NCBI GenBank assembly: GCA_964606505.1
Contig: CAZSGM010000001.1
Location: forward strand, 113,588-177,587
Source: an uncultured Lachnospiraceae bacterium
GTDB taxonomy: Bacteria; Bacillota; Clostridia; Christensenellales; UBA1242
Direction: 5' to 3'
Length of the DNA: 64,000 bases
Below the pieces are notes generated by a model. The model was not told the DNA's origin. It searched no databases and saw nothing but the letters and a program-made list of their open reading frames with translations. The translations under genes were made by a program, and so were the position numbers. The number at the start of each line of letters is the position of its first letter. Positions within the stretch are counted from its first letter, which is position 1. Shown piece after piece: positions 25,967-36,221 of this stretch.

Positions 25967-27148
25967 ATGATACGAAGAGAGCACTACATTGAGCAGGTTC
26001 GCCCGTTTTACGATTCGGATTTAATTAAAATCATTACTGGAATTCGCAGGTCTGGCAAGTCGGTTATTATGGAACAAATAATGGACGAGATAAGGCAAAA
26101 GACGGACAACATTATTTATGTCAATTTTGAGGACAAAAAATCCTCGGCGAACATAACGAGCGCGGCTAAGTTGATTGCTTACGCAGAAAACAATAAAAAA
26201 GAGGGCAAGTGCTATGTGTTCTTTGATGAAATCCAGATGTTGTACGGGTGGGAGGAGGCGTGCACGTCTTTAAGGTTGTACGGCTACTCTGTGTTTATCA
26301 CGGGTTCGAACTCAAAACTGCTTTCGAGGGAGTTTGCGCGAGAACTTTCGGGTAGGTACGTTGCGTTTCGCGTGAGGCCGTTTATCTACAAGGAAATTGT
26401 TGAGTACTGCAAGGAGTTGGGGCGCGAGGCAAGTGTTTCAGACTATCTCGTGTGGGGCGGGTTCCCAAAACGTTTTGAGTTTGAGAGCCCCGAGGCGCAA
26501 TATAGGTACCTAAACGATTTGGATGATACGATTGTTATTAACGACCTTATTGCTCGTTACAAGATACGAAAGGAGAGTTTGTTTAAGAGTTTAGTAAACT
26601 ATGTTTTGCGTAGCAACGCGCGCATTTTCTCGGCAAACTCCATTCGCGACTACGTTAAGCAGGAGCACGAGGGTTGTTCGGTCAATACGATAATGAAATA
26701 TCTTTATTATCTGGAAGAAGCGTATATAATTGAGCCGGTTAAGCAGTATTCCACCAAAACAAAAAAAGAACTTTCGTATTATATAAAAATCTATAATGCG
26801 GACGTGTGCTTTAACTCTATCCGCTGTCCAAACAACCGCTTTGACCTCACGCACAACCTTGAAAATATTGTTTATAACGAACTTATTTATATGGGTTATG
26901 AAGTGTATGTTTACAATAATAACGGTAAGGAAATCGACTTTTTAGCGACCAAGGGGACAAAACAGTATTACGTGCAAGTTGCCTATAGCGTGGCAGAAGA
27001 AAAAGCGTATTTGCGCGAGTTTGGGGCGTTTAAAAATTTAGACAACCTTTCTCAAAAAATCATTATCACTAACGACGACATTGACTATTCAACAAGTCTT
27101 GTAAAGCACATAAAATTGAAAGACTTTTTGATGATGGAAAGTTTGTAA
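25967..27148 (+). CDS. AAA+ ATPase with a DUF4143-type C-terminal domain
   Basis: GIRRSGKS Walker A, VFFDEIQ Walker B-like. Start at ATG 25967 after GAGGTG (the track uses GTG 25958). Confidence 0.85.
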   Translation: MIRREHYIEQVRPFYDSDLIKIITGIRRSGKSVIMEQIMDEIRQKTDNIIYVNFEDKKSSANITSAAKLIAYAENNKKEGKCYVFFDEIQMLYGWEEACTSLRLYGYSVFITGSNSKLLSREFARELSGRYVAFRVRPFIYKEIVEYCKELGREASVSDYLVWGGFPKRFEFESPEAQYRYLNDLDDTIVINDLIARYKIRKESLFKSLVNYVLRSNARIFSANSIRDYVKQEHEGCSVNTIMKYLYYLEEAYIIEPVKQYSTKTKKELSYYIKIYNADVCFNSIRCPNNRFDLTHNLENIVYNELIYMGYEVYVYNNNGKEIDFLATKGTKQYYVQVAYSVAEEKAYLREFGAFKNLDNLSQKIIITNDDIDYSTSLVKHIKLKDFLMMESL

Positions 27149-27237
27149 TCAAATTAAAATGTGCAAAATCGCGTTAAAGTGCGTAAAAGGGGGTTAAAAC
27201 GCTTGCAAAGCGCGCGAAAATGTTGTAAATTTTACTT

Positions 27238-27681
27238 ATGAGAAAATTTGAGATTGTTAGCGGGTGCGCGGACGAGGTTAAGTTGCCAAATCGCGCAACA
27301 AAGAATTCGGCGGGTTATGATTTTTATTCGCCCGTGGACGTGGTTATTGAGCCGAGCGCGGCGAAGTTGATTTTTACCAACGTCAAGGCGTGTTTTGGCG
27401 CGGACGAGGTGCTGATTTTGTGTTGCACGAGCGGGATGGGCAAGCGCGGCGTTGTGCTCGCGAACGGTATCGGGGTTATTGACGCCGACTACTATAATAA
27501 TGAGAACAACGAGGGCAACATTGGCTTTATGCTCCGAAATCTAGGCGCGGAACCATATGTTGTTAAGCGCGGCGACAAAATCGGGCAAGGTATATTTACT
27601 AAATTTCTGAAAGTGGACGACGAAGAGGAAATAACAAGCGAGCGCGTCGGCGGGTTTGGCAGCACAGTGAAAAAAGGGTAA
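27238..27681 (+). CDS. dut: dUTP diphosphatase
   Basis: NSAGYDF, GVIDADY and RVGGFGST motifs; 147 aa. Confidence 0.9.
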   Translation: MRKFEIVSGCADEVKLPNRATKNSAGYDFYSPVDVVIEPSAAKLIFTNVKACFGADEVLILCCTSGMGKRGVVLANGIGVIDADYYNNENNEGNIGFMLRNLGAEPYVVKRGDKIGQGIFTKFLKVDDEEEITSERVGGFGSTVKKG

Positions 27682-27784
27682 TACCCTTTTTTTGTTTTTC
27701 GGACAAACAATTAAATCGGGAAACATAAACAATAAGTAAAATTTGTAATAGCAACATAATTTTCAGTTGATGTTACTGCAAAGT

Positions 27785-27824
27785 GCAGACAAATTCGATT
27801 GATTTGAATTTGTCTGCGCTTTTA
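27785..27824 (+). terminator. Intrinsic terminator after dut
   Basis: GCAGACAAATTC / GAATTTGTCTGC 12-bp stem, 9-nt loop, GCTTTTA. Confidence 0.65.
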
Positions 27825-27848
27825 ATGCAATGCTAAGCGGTCGGCGGG

Positions 27849-28067
27849 CTACTTTTGTTGGCTGTGGGGCATAAAGTCTTTGAGGGTGGACTTGACGTCG
27901 TCGAGGTGCTGGGCGTTGAGTTTTTTCTTTAGGTATAACTTTTTCTTTTTTAGTTCGAGGTAGTGGGAGAGTTGGGCTGCCGTCTTTTCCGTGTGTTCGT
28001 CAAGTATTTGTTTTTCGAGCGCGTTTAACTCCTCGTTTGTTTTGTCAATGTTTTCAATTTGTTTCAT
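27849..28067 (-). CDS. Small coiled-coil protein, DUF465/YdcH-like
   Basis: 72 aa with an LELKKKKLYLKKKL heptad-like segment. No clear RBS. Confidence 0.45.
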   Translation of the reverse strand: MKQIENIDKTNEELNALEKQILDEHTEKTAAQLSHYLELKKKKLYLKKKLNAQHLDDVKSTLKDFMPHSQQK

Positions 28068-28607
28068 AACTTTAGTATTTGCGGTTTTTCTTAAATTATC
28101 CTTGTTTTTTGTGGGGAAGAGGGTGGTTTTGTGAAAAGCTTAGTTGGAGCGTGTGGCAGTGGTGGCGCGCTATTTTTTTTGTAACGAGCGGATGTGTGAG
28201 GTAAAAGCGGGCGCGCGCGGCTGAGCGGAGTAATAGGAATAAAAAAATGAGTTTAAGGGCTAAGCGCCAGCGGTGCAAATGTAATTACTGGGTTGAGCGA
28301 AAAGTGCGCGAACTGGGTGTTTTGGGTGCGGAACCCTTGTAAAAGCGTTGCGGCAAGCGGCTTGGGTGTTGGAGCGAGTGCGCGTTGAATTTTAGTGTGG
28401 TGAGTAGAACCGTCGCGCGTGTAATGTGTGCGCGGTGGGGATGTTGGCGCTGCGTGTCAGAGTGCGAAGTTAAATGGCGTGGTGGCGCGCTTTTCGGGTT
28501 GAGTTGAGGGTAACCTGAAAATTGGTTGGGGCGGTGCATAAAATTTTGGGAAATGGAAATAATTGGATAAAGAAGCGGAAGTTAAAAACGGGAAAGGAGA
28601 GGGCGTT

Positions 28608-29093
28608 ATGGAGACGGGCATAAGAGGAAAGGTTTTTGTTGCGGCGGTGGCATTGGTGGTTAGTTTGATTGTTTTGATGCCTAATTACAACTGCACGTTT
28701 GTTTCGTATGTGCGCGCGGACAGCGATGTTTCATTTTATGTGTTGGGCGAGTGCGAGCGCGTACCGCGGTTTTGCACAAGTGTGGATGTTGGCAAGGGCG
28801 CGGTCGTTAAGTGTAAGGGCGCGGTGGCTGAGGATGTTAGCAAGTCGCTGGACGCCGTCGCGGGCGTGAGTTTTTGTTTTTCGGGCGGACAGGATGAGAT
28901 TAACGAGTTTTTGGAACGCGTGGACGCGGTGGTTTTGAAATGTGAAAATATCGCTGACATAACCTCTTATTTCGCGTACTCAAAAAAACTCAAGAACGGC
29001 ATTCGCGTGGACGGCGAACTCGTCAACTTGCAAATTGCTAAGTGTGGCAATACTATAACCATCGGCTCGCCAATTATCTTGGGCGAATATTAA
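28608..29093 (+). CDS. Membrane-anchored protein, possibly YwmB-like
   Basis: AAAGGAGAGGG RBS before ATG 28608, N-terminal TM, and a C-terminal ...NLQIAKCGNTITIGSPIILGEY resembling YwmB-family ends (from memory). Confidence 0.5.
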   Translation: METGIRGKVFVAAVALVVSLIVLMPNYNCTFVSYVRADSDVSFYVLGECERVPRFCTSVDVGKGAVVKCKGAVAEDVSKSLDAVAGVSFCFSGGQDEINEFLERVDAVVLKCENIADITSYFAYSKKLKNGIRVDGELVNLQIAKCGNTITIGSPIILGEY

Positions 29094-29271
29094 TAGAAGA
29101 GTCGGCAACTTAATGAACGGGGGAAAATTTTTTAATAAAAAACAACTTTTGTGTAAATAGACGGCGCAAAATAGTTGTTATTTTTTTTGAAATTGTGTAT
29201 AATAACATGAAATCTAATAAATGATTTTCTTTGTTTTTATGCGCTAAAACAAAGGAGAAAGGAAGGTTTTT

Positions 29272-31754
29272 ATGGTAAATAATGACGAAATGAAAAACGC
29301 GAAAAAACTGGGGGGGGGGGGGGGTATTTAGTTGCTAAAAATAGCAGCTATACTGCCCAAAATGATAAGGATACCTGCAAAAATATGCAGGATAACTCCC
29401 AATTTTTGCAACAATCGCAAAATTGCGAAAATGCGCAAAAAAATAATAATTTAGAAAAAATATCAATCCAAAACAATGAAAAACTGCATTGCAAAAAATT
29501 AATTATTAACACAGAAAGTAATGATGAATTTAATTTAATAAATAATGATTTATTAATTAATTCAAGCAAGCAAAATGATTGCGAAAAAAATATTAATGTA
29601 TCAAATATTTGTAGTAGTAAATGTGCGCAAAGTGATACATGTAAAAATAATACAAGAGAAAATTTTTCTGCTTTAAAAAATAGTTATAACAATGTGAGTC
29701 ATAAAAATAATATAAGTTACAAAAATAATATAAAGGCATATTCCGCTACGACAAAAGTTTGTTTGTGGCTTTTCTTGCTTGTAGCATGCCTCGCGGTTAC
29801 AATTGGTTTTGGTTGCGTTGGCGGAAGTAGTGGGAACGGCAGTTTAAAAGTTGCGCCCGAAATTGAGACTGCCACTGCGGCAGGTTCAAGTTGGAGCGGC
29901 AGCGGAACATCGGGTTCTCCCTATTTGATAAGCAACGAGGCGGAGTTGACCGCGCTGGCTACTGCGTGCAACTCAGGCACAGCGTATTCGGGAACATACT
30001 TTAAACTAACTCAAGATATTTCAATAACATCTACAAACTGGGCGCCAATCGGATTTGACGAAAGTTCGGCGGGTACGCCTACAAATGTTTTTTCGGGGAT
30101 TTTTGACGGCGCGGAACACACAATTACAATAAGCAACACTTTCAGTAAGGCTTTTGATTTGACGGTTGCGGGCGGCTATGCGTATTGTGGTGCAGTATTT
30201 GGATTTGTTCAAAATGGACGAGTGTTAAATCTTAATGTGAAGTTTAATCTTGGCGCAAATTCAATGTTTGATCATTCATCAGCAACAACAACTAAGATGT
30301 ATTATTATATGTATGGGGGGATTGTTGGGGGGTGCCAGTCAGCAGATAGTGAAAATCCCATTATTCAAAATTGTAGTGTTTTAAGTGAAAATAATTCCGA
30401 AATCAAAGTAAATTTTGGTTTTAACAGATACTGTTCTTTTGGTGGGATAGTAGGCAGAGTCATTGGGAATGGAATAATAGATAATTGCTCATTAAACGCT
30501 AGTTTATCTTCTATGGGACACTCTTTTAAGGAGGGGGGGATAGTTGCATACTCAGAAGGTAAGGTTACCAATTGCAGTGTCAATTCAGATATAATTTGTG
30601 GGGGAACCGTAACCTCAGGGGCTTATGTGACTGACCAAAAACGTGGGGGTATTGCAGGGGTGGCAGAAACAATCGAAAATTGCGCATTTAATGGTGGAAG
30701 TTTTACTTGTGATGCTGGAGAAATATATGGAGTTGGAGTTATAGCAGGTGAAGCGACTACTATTAAAAATTGCAAGGTTCTAAAGGGGGCGGATAGCACA
30801 AAGAAAATAAAGATTGAGACTGGGTCAGGGACAAAAAATGGTTTTCCTGCGGGAGTTATAGCGGGGGCTTGTAAATATATTGAGAATTGTTATACTAACG
30901 CAATTATTGATTACGTCAAAACGTGGGGAGATAGCCGCGCATATGCAGGAGTAATTGCAGGGCAAGCAACAACTGTGAAGAACTGCAAAGCTGACGTCTC
31001 TATAGGTAGTTATAGTTCTAATGACATTTGTTACTTTGGGCACATTGTGGGGGCTGTAACCACATCGACATTAAACGGTTCAACCGTAAATCCGAGTATA
31101 ACAAACTGCTTCATACAAGTATCTACAACGGCTAGTCAGCCGACAAATAACGCGCAGGTTTGCTCAAATGTGAGTAGTGGAACCCTCACTACCTACAACT
31201 GCGTATTTATAGGGGTTACGGGGCTAAAATTCACAAGCAGTATTGCGGCAACTGCGGGCGACAGTTACGGGTTATACGCCTCAAGTTCAGATGTTGCTGC
31301 GCTAAAGAAAACATCCACCTACGCGGGAGCGGGCGCAAATGGTTACACTTGGAACTCCGCCGCGCCGTGGGACTTCGAGAGTGCGTGGTGTATTGAAACT
31401 GAGAACGAAACCTATCCAACACTGCAATTTATGAGCGCGCCGTGCACAGTTACAATAAATGTTACAACAAGCGCGGGTGCGGGCGGTGTTGTCGGAACGG
31501 ATAAGTATATCCTCTACAAACTAAATAGCGCGGGCACGGTCGTCAACCAGTTTGTCGTTAGCCACAACAGCGTAGTAACCTTTTTGGCAAAACGCGGCGA
31601 GAAAATAACGCTGCTAACAACTTACAGGTCGTACCTTTATTGGACGGTAGACGGCACGCAGGTTGATAAGTACCAGTTCACGCCGTCAGGCGACACTACA
31701 ATCGCCATACACATAGCCGCGCCTGCCGTCATCAACAATTCAATCGTGATTTAG
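29272..31754 (+). CDS. GLUG-repeat surface protein paralog B, interrupted at the 5' poly-G tract (phase OFF as assembled)
   Basis: The ATG 29272 leader MVNNDEMKNAKKLGGGG hits TAG after the 15-G tract. The main frame (track ORF 29385-31754) fuses with 16 or 13 G. Same architecture as paralog A. Confidence 0.8.
29310..29324 (+). repeat. Homopolymeric G15 tract
   Basis: Counted directly (1+10+4). Confidence 0.9.
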
Positions 31755-31770
31755 GTTGGCGCACAAAATT

Positions 31771-31801
31771 AGGAAGAAAAACTGTTTTCTTCCTTTTTTT
31801 A
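31771..31801 (+). terminator. Intrinsic terminator after paralog B
   Basis: AGGAAGAAAA / TTTTCTTCCT stem, loop ACTG, T7. Confidence 0.7.
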
Positions 31802-32182
31802 TATATAATCCTTTTATTTGTATATGTTTTACATTATTATTGCGCAAATTGTAGACAAATTGCGTGTTTTGTGATACAATAACAAAATAGGGCAAAAATA
31901 GAAAAACAATATTTGTAGCGTTAGCAATTGTGTGGCTGCGTGCGGAGTGTTGAGCTTTAGGCGGCGTCGGCAACCACTACGGCAATAATCGTGGCGTCCG
32001 CAATCGCGGGAGCAGTAGCACGGCGAGGCGAAAATGCGTCGGCGAAAATGCGGCGACATTTGCAAGGTGGCGCAAAACTGATAGGGCGACAATTTAGAGG
32101 ATAGAGGAAAAGTTTATTAATAAGCACTAAGGAAATTGTTGGGGTCTAAATAATTTTATTAAGCACTAAACAATTCGATAAG

Positions 32183-32282
32183 CACAAAGAAAGTTGTTGC
32201 GGGCTAAGGAAATTGTTGGGGCTTGAGAAATTATTAGGGGTCAAAGAAGTTTGTTAGTGGCACAAAGGAAGGGAATGTTATG
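32183..32282 (+). repeat. Five tandem ~19-20-bp degenerate units (AAGGAAATTGTTGGGGC-like) running into the start codon of the mTERF-like gene
   Basis: Units start at ~32183, 32204, 32223, 32242 and 32262, with an extra copy at 32126. Each contains an SD-like AAGGAA/AAAGAA/GAGAAA word. Confidence 0.6.
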
Positions 32283-33569
32283 ACAATAGAAGAAATTTTA
32301 ATGAGCAGATATGGGTGGAAGCAAGAAGATATTGAGGCTAAGCGCGAGGTACTTGCGCACATTTCACATCTAACTGACGATGATAAAGTTTACGCAAAGG
32401 GGAATTTTTACGTAAAAACATTTTTTATGACTTATGCCGACCTTAGGAAGGTGATAAAGGCATTTCCGCAAATGCTGGGGCTGTCGGAAGATTATGTTAT
32501 TAACAAGATAGATTACTATGTATCTATGTTTGGGAACGCCGAAAGTGTTCGGAAAGCGTTTATTAAATTTCCGCAAATTTTAAGCATTTCAAACGAAACA
32601 ATTAACGCGAAAATAGAGAAATACAAGAAGAGATTGCACTGCGAAAGAGCGCACGTTGGGGCTATGTGGGCTGAGTATCCGTCAATTCTTCATTATTCAG
32701 ATAAATATATTGACGGAAAAATTGACTACTTAATAAAAACCTTTGAGGTCGAAGAGTACGAACTTGCTTGTATACTTAAACGTTCGCCACAGATTTTGGG
32801 GTTATCCAGCGAAACCATTACTGCAAAGCGCGACTTTTATTGCGATGAACTTGGGTTTAGCCGCAAAGCCGTCGTTAAGCTTGTTAGGGATTTTCCGACA
32901 ATTTTGGGGCTTTCCAACGAAACGGTTTTGTATAGGTTCAACTTTTTCAAGGCGCAGTATGGGTTGGACGATAAGCATGTCGCGAAGATGTTTACAATGA
33001 TACCGCAGATTGTTGCTCTGCCCGACGAAACCATAATGAACAAGCAACATTTGTTTAGCGATGTGCTCGGCGTAACTAAGGGGGAGTTTGCCTCAATTAT
33101 TAGCAGACACCCGCAGGCGCTCACAATATCGGCGACCGCGCTGAAGTACAAGGCGGACCAACTTGCTTCACTTGGTATTGCGCGAAAGGAACTGCTTAAT
33201 GACCCGATGATTTTGAGTTCGCCTGCCAATATGCTTAAAGTTAGGTACATTATTTTGAGGCAGGTTGCAACGCGCGAAGAGATTTTAAAGTCCAAGGGTT
33301 GGTATATGTTCAACCAAAGCAAGTTGTACTCTAGGTATGCGTATATAAAGGATGTATTAAAAAAAGAGCCTACCTTGTCTGACTTGTTGCGTAGCCAACA
33401 GCGCTTTGAAATGAAGTTTGGATGGATTGGGATTGATGATGACTGGACTGAACCTAAATTTACAATGGCAATAGTTGACGAATTGGCGCAAAAGGTGGCA
33501 AAAGAAGAAAAAATCGAACTTACGCGCAAAGACCGTGAGGTATTAGGCACTTGCATAGAGAAGGAGTAA
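32280..33569 (+). CDS. mTERF-repeat protein (helical ~32-aa repeats)
   Basis: At least eight repeats of the pattern FPQ[IM]L[GS]LSxExIxxKxxxxxxxxGxxxxxVxKxxxxxP (e.g. FPQMLGLSEDYV, FPQILSISNETI, SPQILGLSSETI, FPTILGLSNETV, IPQIVALPDETI, HPQALTISATAL). Confidence 0.75.
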   Translation: MTIEEILMSRYGWKQEDIEAKREVLAHISHLTDDDKVYAKGNFYVKTFFMTYADLRKVIKAFPQMLGLSEDYVINKIDYYVSMFGNAESVRKAFIKFPQILSISNETINAKIEKYKKRLHCERAHVGAMWAEYPSILHYSDKYIDGKIDYLIKTFEVEEYELACILKRSPQILGLSSETITAKRDFYCDELGFSRKAVVKLVRDFPTILGLSNETVLYRFNFFKAQYGLDDKHVAKMFTMIPQIVALPDETIMNKQHLFSDVLGVTKGEFASIISRHPQALTISATALKYKADQLASLGIARKELLNDPMILSSPANMLKVRYIILRQVATREEILKSKGWYMFNQSKLYSRYAYIKDVLKKEPTLSDLLRSQQRFEMKFGWIGIDDDWTEPKFTMAIVDELAQKVAKEEKIELTRKDREVLGTCIEKE

Positions 33570-33572
33570 TAT

Positions 33573-33872
33573 ATGAATTGTGAAGATTTTTTTAGTTCAA
33601 TCATATTCAGTGATGAAAGTATATCTAAAGAGGAACAAACATCGTATGAGTTCTTTCTAGATGGGAGCGTTGTAGATTGGGATGAAGTTTATGAAAATTT
33701 TTATACTCTTCAACGATGCGGAATTAAAAGCGACGAAATGCTTACCTTGTTTTGTGTAAACCCCAACCTCTTTTTTCTTGATAGATGGGTGTTAGATGAT
33801 AAAATTATAGAACTGACTAATTACGACTACGACCTTGAAGCGATGTTAAAAGCAAACCCCACAATTATTTAG
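33573..33872 (+). CDS. Small acidic protein with one or two mTERF-like half repeats
   Basis: Starts 4 nt after the upstream stop with a GGAG RBS. Contains NPNLFFL and ANPTII motifs. Confidence 0.55.
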   Translation: MNCEDFFSSIIFSDESISKEEQTSYEFFLDGSVVDWDEVYENFYTLQRCGIKSDEMLTLFCVNPNLFFLDRWVLDDKIIELTNYDYDLEAMLKANPTII

Positions 33873-33896
33873 TGGGGTTTGCTTTTTGTTTTTTTG
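33853..33896 (+). terminator. Intrinsic terminator overlapping the stop codon of 33573-33872
   Basis: GCAAACCCCAC / GTGGGGTTTGC 11-bp stem followed by a T-rich run. A G7 run follows at 33897-33903. Confidence 0.7.
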
Positions 33897-34130
33897 GGGG
33901 GGGCAAATTTGTGAGCGTGCGGATGTTGTGGCGAGGAAGGCAGGAAATTTTGGGGAAAGACTTGTAAATTTTGTCTTAGTGTGGTATAATTATTTTTAGA
34001 TACTTGCAAAATAATATATTATATAGGTTTTACAATGTGTGAAACTTTACAACAGATGGAGAGTGAGAGTTGTTATCATATAATGGTTAGGTTATTTCGC
34101 AAATTTTAACATAATGGGAATGATGAGGGA

Positions 34131-34712
34131 ATGGCTATGTTGAATGTCAACTTTGATAGTGATATTATCGTGAAAAATGTTAAGGAAACATCCCTTAAGT
34201 ACGAGGAATTTTTGAGTGCTTACACGCAGTATATTAAAGCGGTTGAGGCAGGGAAGGAACTTGACAAGCGCGAAAAAGATGAACTTTACAATGCGTCTCA
34301 ACGCGTGTACGAGATGAGCGATGACATGAACGAGGCGTTTAGGTTTTACAACCACAATTTGCGCACGTTTTCGGAAGATTATCTTGACGTAACATTGCCA
34401 AAGGTTACGGTTAAGGTTAATGAAAACCCTACAAGAAGCAGAATTGGCGAGCCTAGCAAGGAAGTCGACAATGACTCATTGATTGAACAGGCGAGAGAGA
34501 AAGCGGGCGAAAAACTTGATGATGTTCGTAGCCATTTAATCCAGATGGAAAACGAAGAGGTTTGGAACGACAAAATCGGCTACAAATTTTACGAGGGGGC
34601 AAGCGACGCGATTAGACGCAGCGCGGGTTACCTTGATAATGTAGACAACATTGTTGTAAGACACAAAGTTCGCGAAAACAGCGCAGACAAGGAAATTGCG
34701 CGCCGCGGATAG
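34131..34712 (+). CDS. Hypothetical soluble protein (193 aa)
   Basis: ORF with coding-like composition; no motif recognised. ATG 34137 is an alternative start. Confidence 0.6.
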   Translation: MAMLNVNFDSDIIVKNVKETSLKYEEFLSAYTQYIKAVEAGKELDKREKDELYNASQRVYEMSDDMNEAFRFYNHNLRTFSEDYLDVTLPKVTVKVNENPTRSRIGEPSKEVDNDSLIEQAREKAGEKLDDVRSHLIQMENEEVWNDKIGYKFYEGASDAIRRSAGYLDNVDNIVVRHKVRENSADKEIARRG

Positions 34713-35314
34713 TTAAATCTAAAGTTTCTATAACCATTATATCTAAAGTTTTTCTAACAAGAAAACCTTTTGACACTTCAGGCAGAGTTTTATCCGCTTG
34801 GGGTGTTTTTTGTGGTGGGGGCTTTGTTTAGTGGTGTTTTTTAAGGTTTCCTTTTTTTTGAGAACGCGGGCGAGCGGGAGCGTGCGAATGCGACGTTATT
34901 AATGCGTTGCCTTAGGTGCGCGCAATTTTGGGTGGTATTGCGTCGTTTTTTGCGCGCGGGTGCAGCGGCGTTTTGTAGAGGTGGAGCGCGCTTTGTAGTG
35001 TAGTTAATGAGGTATGTGTGGTGCGGGCTGTAGGTGCAGTTTGCGGGGAATAGAGCGGCGCGTTATGTTTGGGCGGCGCGGAGTAGGTGTTTTAGGGCAA
35101 AAAATGAGAGAGAACGCGGGCGGGATGTGCAAAAGTTTTTTTTTAAGCGGGCACGAGTATTTGCGCAACACTTGACAAAAATATCAAAATAAAGTACAAT
35201 AGCAGTAACGGAGTTGTTGCGATGTTTAAAGGTGGATGTTTATTTAAAATTATTACGTCGGTGGCGTTTATCGGGCTTTTGGTTTTCCTGATTGTCAAGT
35301 ATTGGTGATAGGTG

Positions 35315-36145
35315 ATGAAAGGCAAATTTTTGACGTGCGCGGGCTCACTGGTGCTGCTGGTTATTGTGCTGGTTGCAGGTGGGATTGCGGGGTTTAAGTT
35401 GCTGCAGGGCGAGTTTCAGCGCTCAGTTTTGGAAGAAATGGGGTTTGCGTCGCAGGAAGAGTACGACGCGTTTACGGCAAAACTCAATGAGCCGTACGAC
35501 GAGACGGTTTTTTACCAAAACACCTATACCGATGCGGACAAGGTGGCGGTTAGGGAGAGTTTGCGCGGGAGCGTTGTGTTTGCGGACGGGGAGCAACTGT
35601 TTTTGAGCAGCGGCGACTTCAACCTTGCCGCGCTGGAGAAGGAGAACAACGCGAGTCTCACCGGGGCGGTTGCGTTCACTTTTGGCGAGTATAGCTGTTT
35701 TTCGCAACTGCTGCTTTCGTCCATTTACAACTACGACACCGAAAGCAACGCGCAACTCAAGGACATTCAGATTTTGTCGTTTGTCGTGAATGCGGACGAG
35801 ACGCATACGCTTGTTATGAAACTTGCGACCGACACAATGAAAGCGTCCATGAAAACATACGGCGAGGGGTTGCCCGACAAACTTTACCTGACGTTCAACT
35901 ACAGTTTGGTTGTAAACGCGGGGGAGTTTGAGGCGGTCAACGTCGCTATGAGGGTTAACGCGCTCGACGACGCAACAAATGAGAAGTGCAACAGTTTTTT
36001 GAACAATGTTTTTGGCGTGAGGAGTTTCGCGAAAACCTTTGCGAACGTGTTTGTTGACCTGACGAATACGTTTGATTTAACTATCAGCGCAAGCACGACC
36101 TTTGCGGTAGGCGGGGTTACGAAAGCACCTAAGTTGGAAGCGTAA
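35315..36145 (+). CDS. Hypothetical N-terminally membrane-anchored protein
   Basis: MKGKFLTCAGSLVLLVIVLVAGGIAGF signal-anchor; no motif recognised. Confidence 0.65.
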   Translation: MKGKFLTCAGSLVLLVIVLVAGGIAGFKLLQGEFQRSVLEEMGFASQEEYDAFTAKLNEPYDETVFYQNTYTDADKVAVRESLRGSVVFADGEQLFLSSGDFNLAALEKENNASLTGAVAFTFGEYSCFSQLLLSSIYNYDTESNAQLKDIQILSFVVNADETHTLVMKLATDTMKASMKTYGEGLPDKLYLTFNYSLVVNAGEFEAVNVAMRVNALDDATNEKCNSFLNNVFGVRSFAKTFANVFVDLTNTFDLTISASTTFAVGGVTKAPKLEA

Positions 36146-36221
36146 AAAGAAATTAAGGCAAAAATGAGGAATAGCCAAAACAACGGAAACGGAATGGGGG
36201 TTGCCCGCACGAAAGGAGAGG

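Noticed and set aside
32837-33604. Long antisense ORFs: 32837-33604(-), 19533-20408(+), 6741-7379(-), 10760-11362(-), 61006-61521(-), 36560-36937(-), 46496-46888(+), 47877-48422(-)
   Set aside because: Each lies fully opposite a gene with clear family motifs or strong coding features. They are typical shadow ORFs with skewed Arg/Leu/Ser/Val content.
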